Notes: generated by a model from the sequence alone, not told the origin. 64,000 nt of DNA from Proteobacteria bacterium UBA7447 (GCA_002477475.1 DLPX01000033.1:30082-94081), one strand, 5' to 3'; counted from the first letter of the stretch, positions 48,027 to 58,810 are shown. Numbers and translations are program-made.

Positions 48027-49049
48027 ATGTCCATCAGCGAAAACCTCCAACTCCTGCCCAGAACCCCGCTTGCCCATACGCCAACGCCGATTGAGCGACT
48101 GAACAATCTCAGCGGTGCACTGGGAGGGGGAGCGCTCTACGTCAAACGTGATGACTGTACCGGTCTTGCCATGGGAGGAAACAAAGCCCGCCAGCTTGAA
48201 TACTATTTTGGTGAAGCGCTTCAGCAGCATGCGGATACCATACTGATCACAGGCGCCGTCCAGTCCAACTTTGTCCGCATGGCGGCGGCAGCTGCGGCAA
48301 AGCTGGGGCTTGATTGCCACATTCAACTTGAAGAGCGCGTCGGGGATACCGGGGCGGACTACCGTCAATCCGGCAACGTCCTGTTGGATCGCCTGCTGGG
48401 TGCCACCCTGCATACCTATCCGCAAGGCGAGGACGAAGACGGGGCAGATGCCAACCTCAAGAGGATCGCCGACCAGCTTCGCGCCGCAGGCAGACAACCC
48501 TATATCATTCCTTTGGCCCCCGGCCATCCGCCGCTTGGCGCACTGGGGTACGTGCGGGCCGCCTCAGAGCTCCTGGGTCAGCTGGAGAATCTGGAGGATG
48601 AAATCAGTCACATCTTCGTCGCTTCAGGAAGCGGCAGCACACATGCGGGACTTCTTTTTGGATTGCGGTCACATAACTGGCTTAAACCCATGATCGGTGT
48701 CTGCGTCAGGCGAGACCGAACTTCGCAGCAACAAAGAATAAAACAGCGCTGCGAAGAAATCGCAGCGCTGCTCAAATTGGAGAATCCCGTAAGACCTGAA
48801 GATATCGAGATTACCGATGAGACATTCCAGCCTGGCTACGGCAAACTCAATGAGCAGACACTTGAGGCCATTAATCTGTGCGCCCAGCGTGAGGGCCTAC
48901 TGCTCGACCCGGTTTACACAGGAAAATCGATGGCGGCGTGCCTGAACCATGTCCGCACCAGCCGCAAGGATCAATCTACCCTCTTCGTCCACACCGGGGG
49001 CACCCCGGGCCTTTTTGGCTACGGTAAGGAATTAAATCTCGCCGATTAG
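48027..49049 (+). CDS. PLP-dependent D-cysteine desulfhydrase / cysteate sulfo-lyase family
   Basis: PTPIE, KRDDCTGLAMGGNKAR, QSN, ASGSGST, LDPVYTGK, HTGG. Confidence 0.88.
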   Translation: MSISENLQLLPRTPLAHTPTPIERLNNLSGALGGGALYVKRDDCTGLAMGGNKARQLEYYFGEALQQHADTILITGAVQSNFVRMAAAAAAKLGLDCHIQLEERVGDTGADYRQSGNVLLDRLLGATLHTYPQGEDEDGADANLKRIADQLRAAGRQPYIIPLAPGHPPLGALGYVRAASELLGQLENLEDEISHIFVASGSGSTHAGLLFGLRSHNWLKPMIGVCVRRDRTSQQQRIKQRCEEIAALLKLENPVRPEDIEITDETFQPGYGKLNEQTLEAINLCAQREGLLLDPVYTGKSMAACLNHVRTSRKDQSTLFVHTGGTPGLFGYGKELNLAD

Positions 49050-49060
49050 GTGTTCCTGGC

Positions 49061-49951
49061 TCAGGAGATCGTCGCCAACACCTCTCTCACGGTAGATCCA
49101 AACTCGGACGGCCGTTCTACCACCGTGACCCCGCACTGGCGCAGGATTTCCACCTTTTCCTCAGCGGACTCTCCAGCCGCCGAAACAATGGCGCCGGCGT
49201 GACCCATAGTTCGGCCTTTGGGTGCTGTCAGGCCGGCGATATATCCCACTACGGGCTTGTTCATGTGATCACGGGCAAACTGGGCGGCTTCTGCCTCTTG
49301 AGGACCCCCGATCTCACCGATCATCACCACCACGCGAGTTTGCGGGTCGGTTTCGAAAGCCGCCAGGTGATCCTTGAAAGAGCTCCCATTAATCGGGTCA
49401 CCCCCAATACCGACGCTGGTTGAAACGCCGATCCCCTCGGCTTTAAGCTGAGATGCTGCCTCGTAACCCAAAGTGCCAGACCGGCCAATGATGCCCACCT
49501 CCCCCTCCTGGTAGATATGACCCGGCATAATGCCAAGCAGGGCTTTGCCGGGGCTGATCACCCCTGCGCAGTTTGGGCCAATCAATTGCATTCGCTTGTC
49601 GGACTTGTAGCGCCGCATATAGCGCTTGACCCGCATCATGTCCTGGGCGGGAATACCGTCTGTGATGCAGACGCACGCACGCAGACCTCCGTCAGCCGCC
49701 TCCATAATCGCATCAGCCGCAAAAGGCGGCGGAACAAAGACGATGCTCGCCTCGGCTCCTGTCGCCGATACTGCATCCTTAACGGTATCGAATACCGGCA
49801 GACCCTGATGGGTCGTGCCGCCCCGGCCGGGTGTCACTCCGCCCACGATGTTGGTACCGTACTCGATCATTTCCTCGCTATGGAATGATCCGATCCGTCC
49901 TGTGAAACCCTGCACGAGGACTGGTGTCCCGCTATCAATAACGATGCTCAT
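49061..49951 (-). CDS. mtkB: Malate-CoA ligase alpha subunit (SucD-like)
   Basis: [30 protein letters not shown]; follows mtkA and mcl. Confidence 0.88.
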   Translation of the reverse strand: MSIVIDSGTPVLVQGFTGRIGSFHSEEMIEYGTNIVGGVTPGRGGTTHQGLPVFDTVKDAVSATGAEASIVFVPPPFAADAIMEAADGGLRACVCITDGIPAQDMMRVKRYMRRYKSDKRMQLIGPNCAGVISPGKALLGIMPGHIYQEGEVGIIGRSGTLGYEAASQLKAEGIGVSTSVGIGGDPINGSSFKDHLAAFETDPQTRVVVMIGEIGGPQEAEAAQFARDHMNKPVVGYIAGLTAPKGRTMGHAGAIVSAAGESAEEKVEILRQCGVTVVERPSEFGSTVREVLATIS

Positions 49952-51123
49952 GCACTCACCCCCTGATGTACTGCCGCGACTGATTTTTCAGCCGCTTCGG
50001 CCAGCGTGTCAGCGGTGATCAGAGACACTGAGCTCTCTTCAAGGATCCGCCGACCTTCTTCTACGTTGGTTCCCGAGAGTCGCACCACGACCGGCACCTG
50101 AATATCCAGATCCTGCATCGCCTTGACTACGCCCTGGGCGACCCAGTCGCAGCGGTTGATCCCGGCAAAGATATTCACCAACACGCCTTTGACATTGTCA
50201 TCCGAAAGCACCAGGTTGAATGCCTTGGCGACCCGTTCAGGTGATGCGCCACCTCCGATATCAAGGAAGTTTGCTGGTTCGCCACCCGAGTGCTTGATCA
50301 TATCCATGGTCGCCATCGCCAAACCGGCGCCATTGATGATGCAGCCAATATCGCCTTCCAATCCCACGTAACTGAGCCCCCGATCGGTGGCCCTCATCTC
50401 ACGGGGGTCTTCCTGAGATTTATCCCGCAACTCAGATATGCGTTGATGCTTGAAAAGTGCGTTGTCATCAAATGTCATCTTGGCATCAAGCGCAAGGATG
50501 CGCCCGTCAGCCGTGACCACCAACGGATTGATCTCGACCATCGTGGCGTCAAGATCCCGGAAAGACCGGTAACAGGCTCTTAAGGTATTGGCCGCCTCGG
50601 TCACCAGAGACGCATCCAATCCGAGTGCAAAGGCAACCTCACGGGCCTGGAAAGCCTGAAGACCCACCGCCGGCTCAATCACAACCCGAATCATCGACTC
50701 CGGATCTTCTTCTGCGATCTGCTCGATTTCCATTCCACCTGCCGCGGACGCTACCAACATCACCCGTTCTGTCGCCCGGTCCAGTACAAAGCCAAGATAA
50801 ATCTCGCGCTCGATATCCGCTACGGATTCAACATAGAGACGGTACACGCCGCGTCCTCGGGGACCTGTCTGGTTGGTCACCAATCGGCTGCCCAGCATTT
50901 CGTCAGCTGCAGTCCAGACCTCCTGCTCACTCTGGCATAACCGGATACCTCCCGCCTTGCCCCGACCTCCGGTATGGACCTGCGCTTTGATCACCCATTG
51001 CTCGCCGCCAATCTCTGAAGCCCGATACTGCGCCTGCTCCGGACTGTAGGCAAGGCCGCCTGGCGGTATCGGTACCCCAAAATCAGCGAGCAGCGCCTTG
51101 GCCTGGTACTCGTGGATATCCAT
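49948..51123 (-). CDS. mtkA: Malate-CoA ligase beta subunit (SucC-like)
   Basis: [46 protein letters not shown] (malate thiokinase-type). Confidence 0.9.
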   Translation of the reverse strand: MDIHEYQAKALLADFGVPIPPGGLAYSPEQAQYRASEIGGEQWVIKAQVHTGGRGKAGGIRLCQSEQEVWTAADEMLGSRLVTNQTGPRGRGVYRLYVESVADIEREIYLGFVLDRATERVMLVASAAGGMEIEQIAEEDPESMIRVVIEPAVGLQAFQAREVAFALGLDASLVTEAANTLRACYRSFRDLDATMVEINPLVVTADGRILALDAKMTFDDNALFKHQRISELRDKSQEDPREMRATDRGLSYVGLEGDIGCIINGAGLAMATMDMIKHSGGEPANFLDIGGGASPERVAKAFNLVLSDDNVKGVLVNIFAGINRCDWVAQGVVKAMQDLDIQVPVVVRLSGTNVEEGRRILEESSVSLITADTLAEAAEKSVAAVHQGVSA

Positions 51124-51194
51124 CGTCCCCTCCTCGGTAAAGTGTTATGCGCGCTGCGCGTTGAACAGGATCCCGTCGACTCCCCGACTCAGCA

Positions 51195-52142
51195 TCAACT
51201 GTGGGCCTTTGACTGGATCGCATCATCCATCGCAACCACATTCTCGGCCATGCGCGCTGATGCCGCGTCGATCATCCGGCCATCCAACTGGGCCGCACCC
51301 TTACCCTGCGCAGCGGCTTCCTCAAGGGCGACAAGAATGCGCTTGGCTCTGTCGACCTCGGGTGCTGGCGGTGAGAAAACACCATTTGCCAGGTCAATCT
51401 GGGACGGGTGGATTGCCCACTTGCCTTCGTAGCCCAGCGCTGCCGCACGGCGTGCAGCCAATTGAAACCCTTCTGGATCATTGAAATCTCCAAAAGGTCC
51501 GTCGACAGGCCGCAGGCCATAAGCCCGGCAGGCGACAAGCATCCGCGAGAGACCGTCGTGCCATTGGTCGCCCGGGTAATCCGGATTGAGACCGCCGATG
51601 TTTGTGGTACGAGCCCGGCAGCTGGCGGCATAGTCTGCTACACCAAAGTGCATAGCTTCCAAACGATCGCTGGCCGTCGCGATCGCCTCGACATTTGCCA
51701 TGCCCAGCGTCGTTTCAATCAACGCTTCAAGACCGATCCGGTGATTGATGCCCACCGCGGTCTCAATCTGGGAAAGCATGGCGTCGACCATATACACATC
51801 ACCCGGGACACCAACTTTTGGAATCAGGATGGTGTCCAGATACTCGCCCGCCTGCTCCACAATCTCAACAACATCGCGGTACATATAGTGCGTATCGAGG
51901 CCGTTGATACGTATGGAAATGGTCTTGCCGGCGCCACGCCAGTCGATGTCTCTCAGGGCCTGGATAATGTTGGCCCGGGCAGCCAGCTTGTCATCAGGAG
52001 CAACAGCATCTTCAAGATCGAGGAACACGTAATCAACATTACTCGCCGCGGCTTTTTCAAACATATTGGGGTTTGAGCCGGGCACTGCCAACTCGCTGCG
52101 TTGCAATCGACGGGTGCGCTTTGGGGTACGGGTATGACTCAT
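51195..52142 (-). CDS. mcl: Malyl-CoA/beta-methylmalyl-CoA lyase
   Basis: RLQRSELAVPGSN, LDLEDAVAP, RINGLDTHYMYRDV, HFGVADYAAS, GKWAIHPSQI. Confidence 0.93.
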   Translation of the reverse strand: MSHTRTPKRTRRLQRSELAVPGSNPNMFEKAAASNVDYVFLDLEDAVAPDDKLAARANIIQALRDIDWRGAGKTISIRINGLDTHYMYRDVVEIVEQAGEYLDTILIPKVGVPGDVYMVDAMLSQIETAVGINHRIGLEALIETTLGMANVEAIATASDRLEAMHFGVADYAASCRARTTNIGGLNPDYPGDQWHDGLSRMLVACRAYGLRPVDGPFGDFNDPEGFQLAARRAAALGYEGKWAIHPSQIDLANGVFSPPAPEVDRAKRILVALEEAAAQGKGAAQLDGRMIDAASARMAENVVAMDDAIQSKAHS

Positions 52143-52490
52143 GCTCTTCTCTTTGGTTAATCAGTTTGTGGAGTCAGGAATCAGTGATCGAGGCGGGCGA
52201 ACACATCTGCGTGCCAAAACCCCCACCAAAACCACAACGCGCCTGATCCAAAAAAGTAACGGGTTCGTTTTGCGGCCCGAAGGATACGGCGACTTCAGTG
52301 CAAAAATGAGTGCGATTACTGATTAGCCTTATCAAGAAAGACTTATGGCAATTGGGCAACGAGAGCCACTCATCTCCGTATATGAAGGCAAAATTTGATA
52401 CGGACGTAATTTTTCCCACTCGAAACCAATTTGAGGGCAAGGTCAAATTTTTTCTTGTCTCGGCGAGAAAATGACCGTACTGTCGCGCCC

Positions 52491-55229
52491 ATGACAAGCA
52501 CCGCCCACTCCAAGGAGTCCATTCCCGCTCGGGCCGAGACCGCCGATGCGGCATTGCGGGCCGATATTCGGCGTTTAGGACATCAGCTGGGAGACACCCT
52601 TATCCGTCAACACGGCCAGGCACTTCTTGATACTGTCGAGGAAGTGCGCCACCTTGCCCAGAGGCTTCGTCAGGCGGGTGGCCCCACCGGCGTTACCGCC
52701 GAACTCACAGACCTCCTGGCCGGCCTGGACGGTGACCGCGCCATTCATCTGGTGCGGGCCTTTACCGTCTATTTTCATCTCGCAAATATTGCCGAGCAGG
52801 AACATCGTATCGAAGATCTCAATGTGGGTGGTAGTCGGGCAGGCAATCATTTCGGTCAAACCGTCCGGAGCCTTCTTGATTCCGGCGTCACAGCGCCCGA
52901 GATCGGTGACCTGGTCAACCGATCAGATTTCCGGCCCGTCTTTACCGCGCATCCGACAGAGGCCTCGAGGCGATCCATCCTCAACAAACTTGCCACTATC
53001 GCTGATCTCCTTAAAGCGCGGGGAGATGCGCGCTGTACGCAGATCGAACGCGACCGCATCGACCGCCGCATTGATGAAATGATCGAGGCCATCTGGCAAA
53101 CCGACGAGATTCGCCACGAAAGACCTGACCCTTTCGACGAGGCCAAATTTGTCCTTTACTACCTTTCCCAGACCGTTAGTGAGGCTCTGCCTGATCTTTT
53201 TGACACGATCGCAGCAACCCTTGGGGATATTGGCGAGAAGATGCGGCTGGATCATGTTCCGATCCGATTTGGTTCGTGGGTTGGTGGTGACCGCGACGGC
53301 AACCCTAATGTCTCCCCGGATACCACTGTCGCAGTGCTTGACCTGCAGCGTGACCGCGCTATTGCCCTTCTGATCAGTGAGATCAAGCAACTCTCAGATG
53401 ATGCCTCAATGAGTGGGCGTCTTTATCAGGTCTCCGAGGAAATGGAGCAGCTGGTTGCTCAAGACACAGCAGAGCACTCCGATGTGCTGACACCAGCCCG
53501 GCTGCTTGAACCCTATCGACTGCACTGCGCCGTTATCGAAAAGCGCCTCCTGGCAACGCGAGACCGTGGTGCCGAGGCGTACGCTTCACCGGATCAGCTA
53601 ATGAGTGAACTTGCGGCCATGGATCGTTCTTTACGCAGTCACGGAGGCGCATTGATCGCAGACGGCCGTCTTGCCCGGGTTCGGCGAATTGTCAGTGCGA
53701 TCGGTTTTCACTTTGCCAGTCTCGATATCCGAGAGCACTCGGCGCGCCATCACGAGGCACTGGCCGCGCTCTTTGAGCCACTGGGTGTCGCGTACGGCGA
53801 CATGACCCCACAGCAACGGCTGGCTCGGCTGGTTGAAGAGCTCGACAGCCGTCGTCCGTTGGCACCGCCCCAGGGCCATAACGAGCATGACAACCTTACG
53901 CTCTTCCGGACGCTCCGATCGATCATGGATCGAGATGGCGACGAGGTGATCGACGCCTATATCGTGTCCATGACGCGGGGTGTCGACGATATCCTTGCGC
54001 CCGTGCTGCTGGCGCGGGAGGTCGGCCTGGTCGATCTCGGGCAGGACGTTGCCCGTCTGGATTTTGTTCCCCTTTTTGAAACAATTGAGGATCTGGAATC
54101 GATCGGGCCCACGCTTCGCACACTCTTCAGGAATACTTCATATCGCCACCTACTGACCCTGCGCGGTGACGAACAGGAAGTCATGGTGGGCTACTCCGAC
54201 TCCAATAAGGACGGAGGCATCACCACGTCGCAGTGGGAAATTCACAAAGCACTTCGGGTGATTCAGGAAGTCGCCGAGGAGGCCGGCGTCCGGATCCGCG
54301 TGTTCCATGGACGCGGCGGAACCATCGGCCGCGGGGGCGGCCCGACCCATGCTTCCATTCTCAGCCAACCTCCCGGCGTCGTCGATGGAGAGATTAAACT
54401 GACAGAGCAAGGTGAGGTGATCGCCGATAAATACGGCCTGCCCGCTATTGCGCGACGCAACCTGAATCTTGCGATCAGCGCCCTCCTGGAAAGCTCCCTT
54501 GCCCACAAAGCTCCGCGACATGACAAGATGTCCATCACGGCCTGGTATGAAATCATGGAGCAGGTTTCCAGTGCCGCCTTCCGGGCCTATCGGCAGTTTG
54601 TAGAAACCCCGGGGCTGCCAGAGTACTTCACCACCTCGACACCGGTTGAGGAACTCGGATCCATGAATATCGGATCCCGGCCCGCGCGCCGGTCCGCAGC
54701 GAAGGCCGGCATCGCCGACCTGCGTGCCATTCCCTGGGTATTCGGCTGGACCCAGTCGCGTCAGATTATTCCTGGATGGTTCGGCGCCGGTACCGGTCTG
54801 CGTGCTGCGATGGAAGCCGGGCGCGGGGAAGACCTGCGCCGCATGTACGCTGAGTGGCACTTCTTCTCAACATTCGTATCAAACGTCGAAATGACGCTCG
54901 CCAAAACTGATCTCGCTATCGCGCGTCACTATGTTGAACGGCTGGTTGATCCGAAGCTGCATCATTTATTCGATCAGGTTGTTGAGGAGCACACGCTCAC
55001 GACGGAGATGATCACTTTAATTACAGGAACGGAACTATTGTCCGACAAACCGATGCTGCGTCGTACGCTCGAAGTGCGGGATGCCTATCTCGATCCCATC
55101 AGCGTGCTGCAGGTGGAATTGCTTACCCGCAGCCGACGGGAGAAAAACCGCGACCGCAATGATCAGATGCAGCGGGCATTACTGCTTTCCATCAACGGAA
55201 TTGCTGCGGGACTACGCAACACCGGCTAA
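52491..55229 (+). CDS. ppc: Phosphoenolpyruvate carboxylase
   Basis: VFTAHPTE, WVGGDRDGNP, QEVMVGYSDSNKDGG, FHGRGGTIGRGGGP, LRAIPWVFGWTQ, GLRNTG; start reassigned to 52491. Confidence 0.97.
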   Translation: MTSTAHSKESIPARAETADAALRADIRRLGHQLGDTLIRQHGQALLDTVEEVRHLAQRLRQAGGPTGVTAELTDLLAGLDGDRAIHLVRAFTVYFHLANIAEQEHRIEDLNVGGSRAGNHFGQTVRSLLDSGVTAPEIGDLVNRSDFRPVFTAHPTEASRRSILNKLATIADLLKARGDARCTQIERDRIDRRIDEMIEAIWQTDEIRHERPDPFDEAKFVLYYLSQTVSEALPDLFDTIAATLGDIGEKMRLDHVPIRFGSWVGGDRDGNPNVSPDTTVAVLDLQRDRAIALLISEIKQLSDDASMSGRLYQVSEEMEQLVAQDTAEHSDVLTPARLLEPYRLHCAVIEKRLLATRDRGAEAYASPDQLMSELAAMDRSLRSHGGALIADGRLARVRRIVSAIGFHFASLDIREHSARHHEALAALFEPLGVAYGDMTPQQRLARLVEELDSRRPLAPPQGHNEHDNLTLFRTLRSIMDRDGDEVIDAYIVSMTRGVDDILAPVLLAREVGLVDLGQDVARLDFVPLFETIEDLESIGPTLRTLFRNTSYRHLLTLRGDEQEVMVGYSDSNKDGGITTSQWEIHKALRVIQEVAEEAGVRIRVFHGRGGTIGRGGGPTHASILSQPPGVVDGEIKLTEQGEVIADKYGLPAIARRNLNLAISALLESSLAHKAPRHDKMSITAWYEIMEQVSSAAFRAYRQFVETPGLPEYFTTSTPVEELGSMNIGSRPARRSAAKAGIADLRAIPWVFGWTQSRQIIPGWFGAGTGLRAAMEAGRGEDLRRMYAEWHFFSTFVSNVEMTLAKTDLAIARHYVERLVDPKLHHLFDQVVEEHTLTTEMITLITGTELLSDKPMLRRTLEVRDAYLDPISVLQVELLTRSRREKNRDRNDQMQRALLLSINGIAAGLRNTG

Positions 55230-55272
55230 GCGCTCACCGACGCAGCAGAATAGACTGTAAGATTCGCTGCTG

Positions 55273-56523
55273 ATGACTGTCTCTAACGATACCGATCGAA
55301 TCATTATGCATGCCGACATGGATGCTTTTTATGCATCCGTGGAGCAGCGTGACCACCCGGAACTCAGAGCCCGCCCCGTTGCGGTCGGCGGCAGCGGTTC
55401 ACGCGGTGTCGTGGCGGCAGCAAGCTACGAGGCGAGACAGTTTGGCGTGCGCTCTGCCATGCCGTCTGTCGAGGCGCGTCGACGCTGCCCGGATCTTGTG
55501 TTCGTCCGCGGCAACATGGCGCTCTACAAGAAAGAGTCCGCCCGCATCTTCAAGATCTTCAGAGAATTTTCGCCCGTCGTGGAGCGCGTATCGCTGGATG
55601 AGGCTTTTATCGACCTCACCGGTAGCACTCGACTTATGGGTCCAGCGCAAGAGGTAGGAGAACAACTTCGCAGCAGGATCCGTGAAGCCTTGTCGCTCCC
55701 CGTCTCGGTCGGCATCGCACCAGTCAAGATGGTCGCCAAGATTGCGAGCGCAGGGGCAAAACCTGATGGCCTGCTTGAAGTTAGAGCGGGTGAAGTCGAA
55801 AACTTTCTTAAGGCCCTGCCGGTCAGCCGGATCTGGGGTGTGGGACCCGTTGCGAAAGAAAAGCTGAAAACACTGGGGTTTGAGACGATCGGGGATGTCG
55901 CCAAGGCCGATGATGACACGCTGCGTGACTTGCTTGGCGAATGGGGAATCGAGATTGCGGGATTGGCGCGCGGCGAAGATGTTCGCGAGGTAGAGCCGTA
56001 TCGCGAAGCCGTCTCCTACAGTGAGGAACACACTTTCAGCCAAGACATTTCTGACTATCAGCAGCTCGAACCGCTGATCCGCGAGCACGCGGAGTCTGTC
56101 GCCCGACGTCTCCGACACGACCAGGTACGCGCCCATACCGTCGTCCTGAAATTTAAATCTGCCAAGAGAACCGGGCCCGGTGTTCGAGGGTATCCCGTGT
56201 TTACCCGCCGGGTCACGCTGCCGCAACCCACTGATGATGGTCACACCATTGCCAGGCAGGCAACAGAGCTTCTGTATCGATCCGGCCCCAAAGAAGCGAT
56301 CCGCCTGATCGGGGTCGGCTGTACCGGACTGACGGCAGAGTCTGCGGACCAACTGCCACTTTTCGGTGCTGAAACGAAATCAAAGAGGGAAACCCTCAAT
56401 CAGACACTCGACGAGATCACCCGGCGTTTTGGAAGAAAAGCGATCGGTGAGCTGCCTCGCACCGCACGTGAGCAGGTCGGCCTTTCGATGCAAGTTAAGC
56501 GAGGGGACGATCCTGAGGAGTAG
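55273..56523 (+). CDS. dinB: DNA polymerase IV
   Basis: HADMDAFYASVE, AASYEARQFGVRSAM, SLDEAFID, KPDG. Confidence 0.95.
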   Translation: MTVSNDTDRIIMHADMDAFYASVEQRDHPELRARPVAVGGSGSRGVVAAASYEARQFGVRSAMPSVEARRRCPDLVFVRGNMALYKKESARIFKIFREFSPVVERVSLDEAFIDLTGSTRLMGPAQEVGEQLRSRIREALSLPVSVGIAPVKMVAKIASAGAKPDGLLEVRAGEVENFLKALPVSRIWGVGPVAKEKLKTLGFETIGDVAKADDDTLRDLLGEWGIEIAGLARGEDVREVEPYREAVSYSEEHTFSQDISDYQQLEPLIREHAESVARRLRHDQVRAHTVVLKFKSAKRTGPGVRGYPVFTRRVTLPQPTDDGHTIARQATELLYRSGPKEAIRLIGVGCTGLTAESADQLPLFGAETKSKRETLNQTLDEITRRFGRKAIGELPRTAREQVGLSMQVKRGDDPEE

Positions 56524-57817
56524 CGGGTTCAAGGCCGCACCAGGAAGCGATAAAAAGTGCGATCGTTCCGGTTACTCGCTTTAAGGATGCGAGACTGACC
56601 CTTTCATCAAAGGCGTGGATGTCCCGGGACACGGGGCCATACACGAGACACGGGCAATCGTCATAGAGCACAAATACCCTGCCGTCGAGATATCCCGGGG
56701 TCACAAAAGATTCAAGACTGGCTCCGAAGCTCGCCGCGTGGGCCTGGCCCAACACCTTCTCAGCGTCGCTGCCTTCCTCCAGCACATAGCCGCGGGCAAA
56801 AAATCCGTTGTACTCCACTTCAGGCGGGTTGTCGCGCAAGAAAGGATGGTTGCTAGCATGCGCCCCGATACACGCTTCAATCTCCTTGGCGGCATCACGA
56901 GGATCCACGCCGGGATAAATCGCCACCCGCACATCGAACGTGCACCATGAGGGGACGGAAGAAGCCCAGTCACCGCCGACGATCTTGCCGATATTGAAAT
57001 TGATCGGGTGCTCCAGCGATTCAAAATAGCGATGCTCCGAGCGTGCATCGTTCCACTCGCACTCGAGCGTTTTCAACGCCGGGATAATTGATACCGCGGC
57101 TTCAATGGCATTTGCCCCCTGACCTGCCTCACGGACATGAACCGGTCTGCCGCGCACATGGACCCGAAACCAGATGACACCGGTATTGGCCCGCACCAGC
57201 ATGTTCTCCTCAGGTTCCGGAATCAGTGCCGCATCCGCCCGATAGCCTCTCACCAATGCAGACAGTGCGCCATTTCCGGTGCACTCTTCTTCGGTAACCG
57301 ACTGCAAATGCACGCGAGCGGCGGGTTGCCAACCCAGGGTCTTGAGCGCATCCAGTGCTGCGAAATTGGCGCAAAGGCCTGCCTTCATGTCTGCGCCGCC
57401 GCGGCCATACAGCCAGTCCCCTTCGATCCAGGGCTCAAACGGCGGGTGGGTCCACATATCCACCGGCCCCGTCGGCACGACATCTACGTGTCCGTTCAGT
57501 ATCAGGGAGCGGCCCTTGATCTCGACCGGCGTATGGGTTCCGACTACGTTCACCGCGTTGTCGTAGTCGACTTTGACCGGAGAGAACCCGGGATGGTCTT
57601 CTATCTCGGCAATATCAATGGACCATTGATCCATCTCAAAGCCGCGCGATTCAAGCGCTTCATAAAAACATGCCTGAGCCCGATGCTCATTGCCGCGGGT
57701 CGAGTCGAGCGACATCATCTGCTGGGTAAACGCCAGTTGTCGCTCAAACCCCTTGTCCACCGCATCCAGCACCTGTCCGATTAACTCCGGCGCCAGATCT
57801 ATCTCAGGCGGGCTCAT
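56495..57817 (-). CDS. ArgE/DapE family (M20) deacylase
   Basis: NGHVDVVP, GRGGADMKAG, EEECTGNG, IHAFDE. Confidence 0.9.
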   Translation of the reverse strand: MSPPEIDLAPELIGQVLDAVDKGFERQLAFTQQMMSLDSTRGNEHRAQACFYEALESRGFEMDQWSIDIAEIEDHPGFSPVKVDYDNAVNVVGTHTPVEIKGRSLILNGHVDVVPTGPVDMWTHPPFEPWIEGDWLYGRGGADMKAGLCANFAALDALKTLGWQPAARVHLQSVTEEECTGNGALSALVRGYRADAALIPEPEENMLVRANTGVIWFRVHVRGRPVHVREAGQGANAIEAAVSIIPALKTLECEWNDARSEHRYFESLEHPINFNIGKIVGGDWASSVPSWCTFDVRVAIYPGVDPRDAAKEIEACIGAHASNHPFLRDNPPEVEYNGFFARGYVLEEGSDAEKVLGQAHAASFGASLESFVTPGYLDGRVFVLYDDCPCLVYGPVSRDIHAFDERVSLASLKRVTGTIALFIASWCGLEPATPQDRPLA

Positions 57818-57820
57818 GTT

Positions 57821-58810
57821 TTAGGGATCCCGCAGGATTGCATGGGTTGAACAGGAAACACAGCCACCCCAGTAACTGACGTGATCGTAGGCAATTTCGA
57901 TGGGCTCGACACCGCGTTTGGCGAGTTCGTCACACACCCGACCCATTCCGGCAGGGATGATATAGCGCTTTTCATCCAGACTGACGCCGACCGTGGCATA
58001 GGCTCTGGCTTCTTCCTCGGTCAAGTCAATGACATCCCAGTGCGCCAGCGGCGCCGGTAGCGGCTCCTTTAATTCATCCCGATACAGCAGCAATACCCCT
58101 TCCGCCACCAGCACCATTGTGCCGAGAAGATGCAGGATGGTGCCATGCATCGGCATCGGGTGTACCTGGTAACCGAAGGGCTCGATGTAGTCTGCGAACC
58201 AATCTGTTCCCGCGCGGTTGGTGGCAATGTCAGACTCTCCCACGAACAGGTGATTCTGATAACAGATGATGTCACCGCCCTCGAGATAGGGGCCCGGCCC
58301 GCCACTGGACGGAGCGAAAGGCTGTACGGCCGGCATGATCACATGATGGGCTTCGGGATCCGACACGATGAGCGGCGCGACGATCTCCCGCAACGGGAAA
58401 ACCTCTTTACGCCGATAGGCTCTTCGGATATTCACTTCCAGATAATGCTTGCCGACGGTATAGACCGGGTCAGCTGGATAAAGCAGGGAAGCCCCGGGCT
58501 GCGCCTCAGCAAGGTACAGCCGCTCTTCCTCACTGTAGGGCCTCGGGCGATGGACCTTGACACCATTGGCTTCATAGAGCGCCGCAAGGCTATCCAACTG
58601 CTCTGCCGTTTTCTCCCAGCGCTCCGGCATTGCCTTGGCGATGTCCAGCGGCTGGTCACCACTCGCCTTCAGCGCGGCCTGCACTTCTTCGTTGTAGTGG
58701 TGCAGTGTTGGATTGAACGGCGGCAGGGAAAGCCCCTCTGCGCTGCCGACGATCGCGGTACGCAGTTTGCCGAAATCGGTATAGGCACCGAATCCTTCAG
58801 TTTGACTCAT
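57821..58810 (-). CDS. Amidinotransferase/arginine-deiminase (pentein) fold protein
   Basis: FGKLRTAIVG, LEGGD, TNRAG, H in ILHLLG, C-terminal GGCVSCST...RD. Confidence 0.82.
   Translation of the reverse strand: MSQTEGFGAYTDFGKLRTAIVGSAEGLSLPPFNPTLHHYNEEVQAALKASGDQPLDIAKAMPERWEKTAEQLDSLAALYEANGVKVHRPRPYSEEERLYLAEAQPGASLLYPADPVYTVGKHYLEVNIRRAYRRKEVFPLREIVAPLIVSDPEAHHVIMPAVQPFAPSSGGPGPYLEGGDIICYQNHLFVGESDIATNRAGTDWFADYIEPFGYQVHPMPMHGTILHLLGTMVLVAEGVLLLYRDELKEPLPAPLAHWDVIDLTEEEARAYATVGVSLDEKRYIIPAGMGRVCDELAKRGVEPIEIAYDHVSYWGGCVSCSTHAILRDP

Noticed and set aside
49061-51123. TCA-cycle sucCD
   Set aside because: The FAGINRCDW motif and linkage to mcl indicate malate thiokinase
55399-56352. Long antisense ORF (317 aa) and similar shadow ORFs (e.g. 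46867-47724, 5748-6485, 54150-54860, 58130-58831)
   Set aside because: They lie opposite well-supported genes, have no recognisable motifs, and are expected from codon bias at this GC content
56495-56523. 29-bp convergent overlap of dinB and the ArgE-like gene
   Set aside because: Short tail-to-tail overlaps are common in compact genomes
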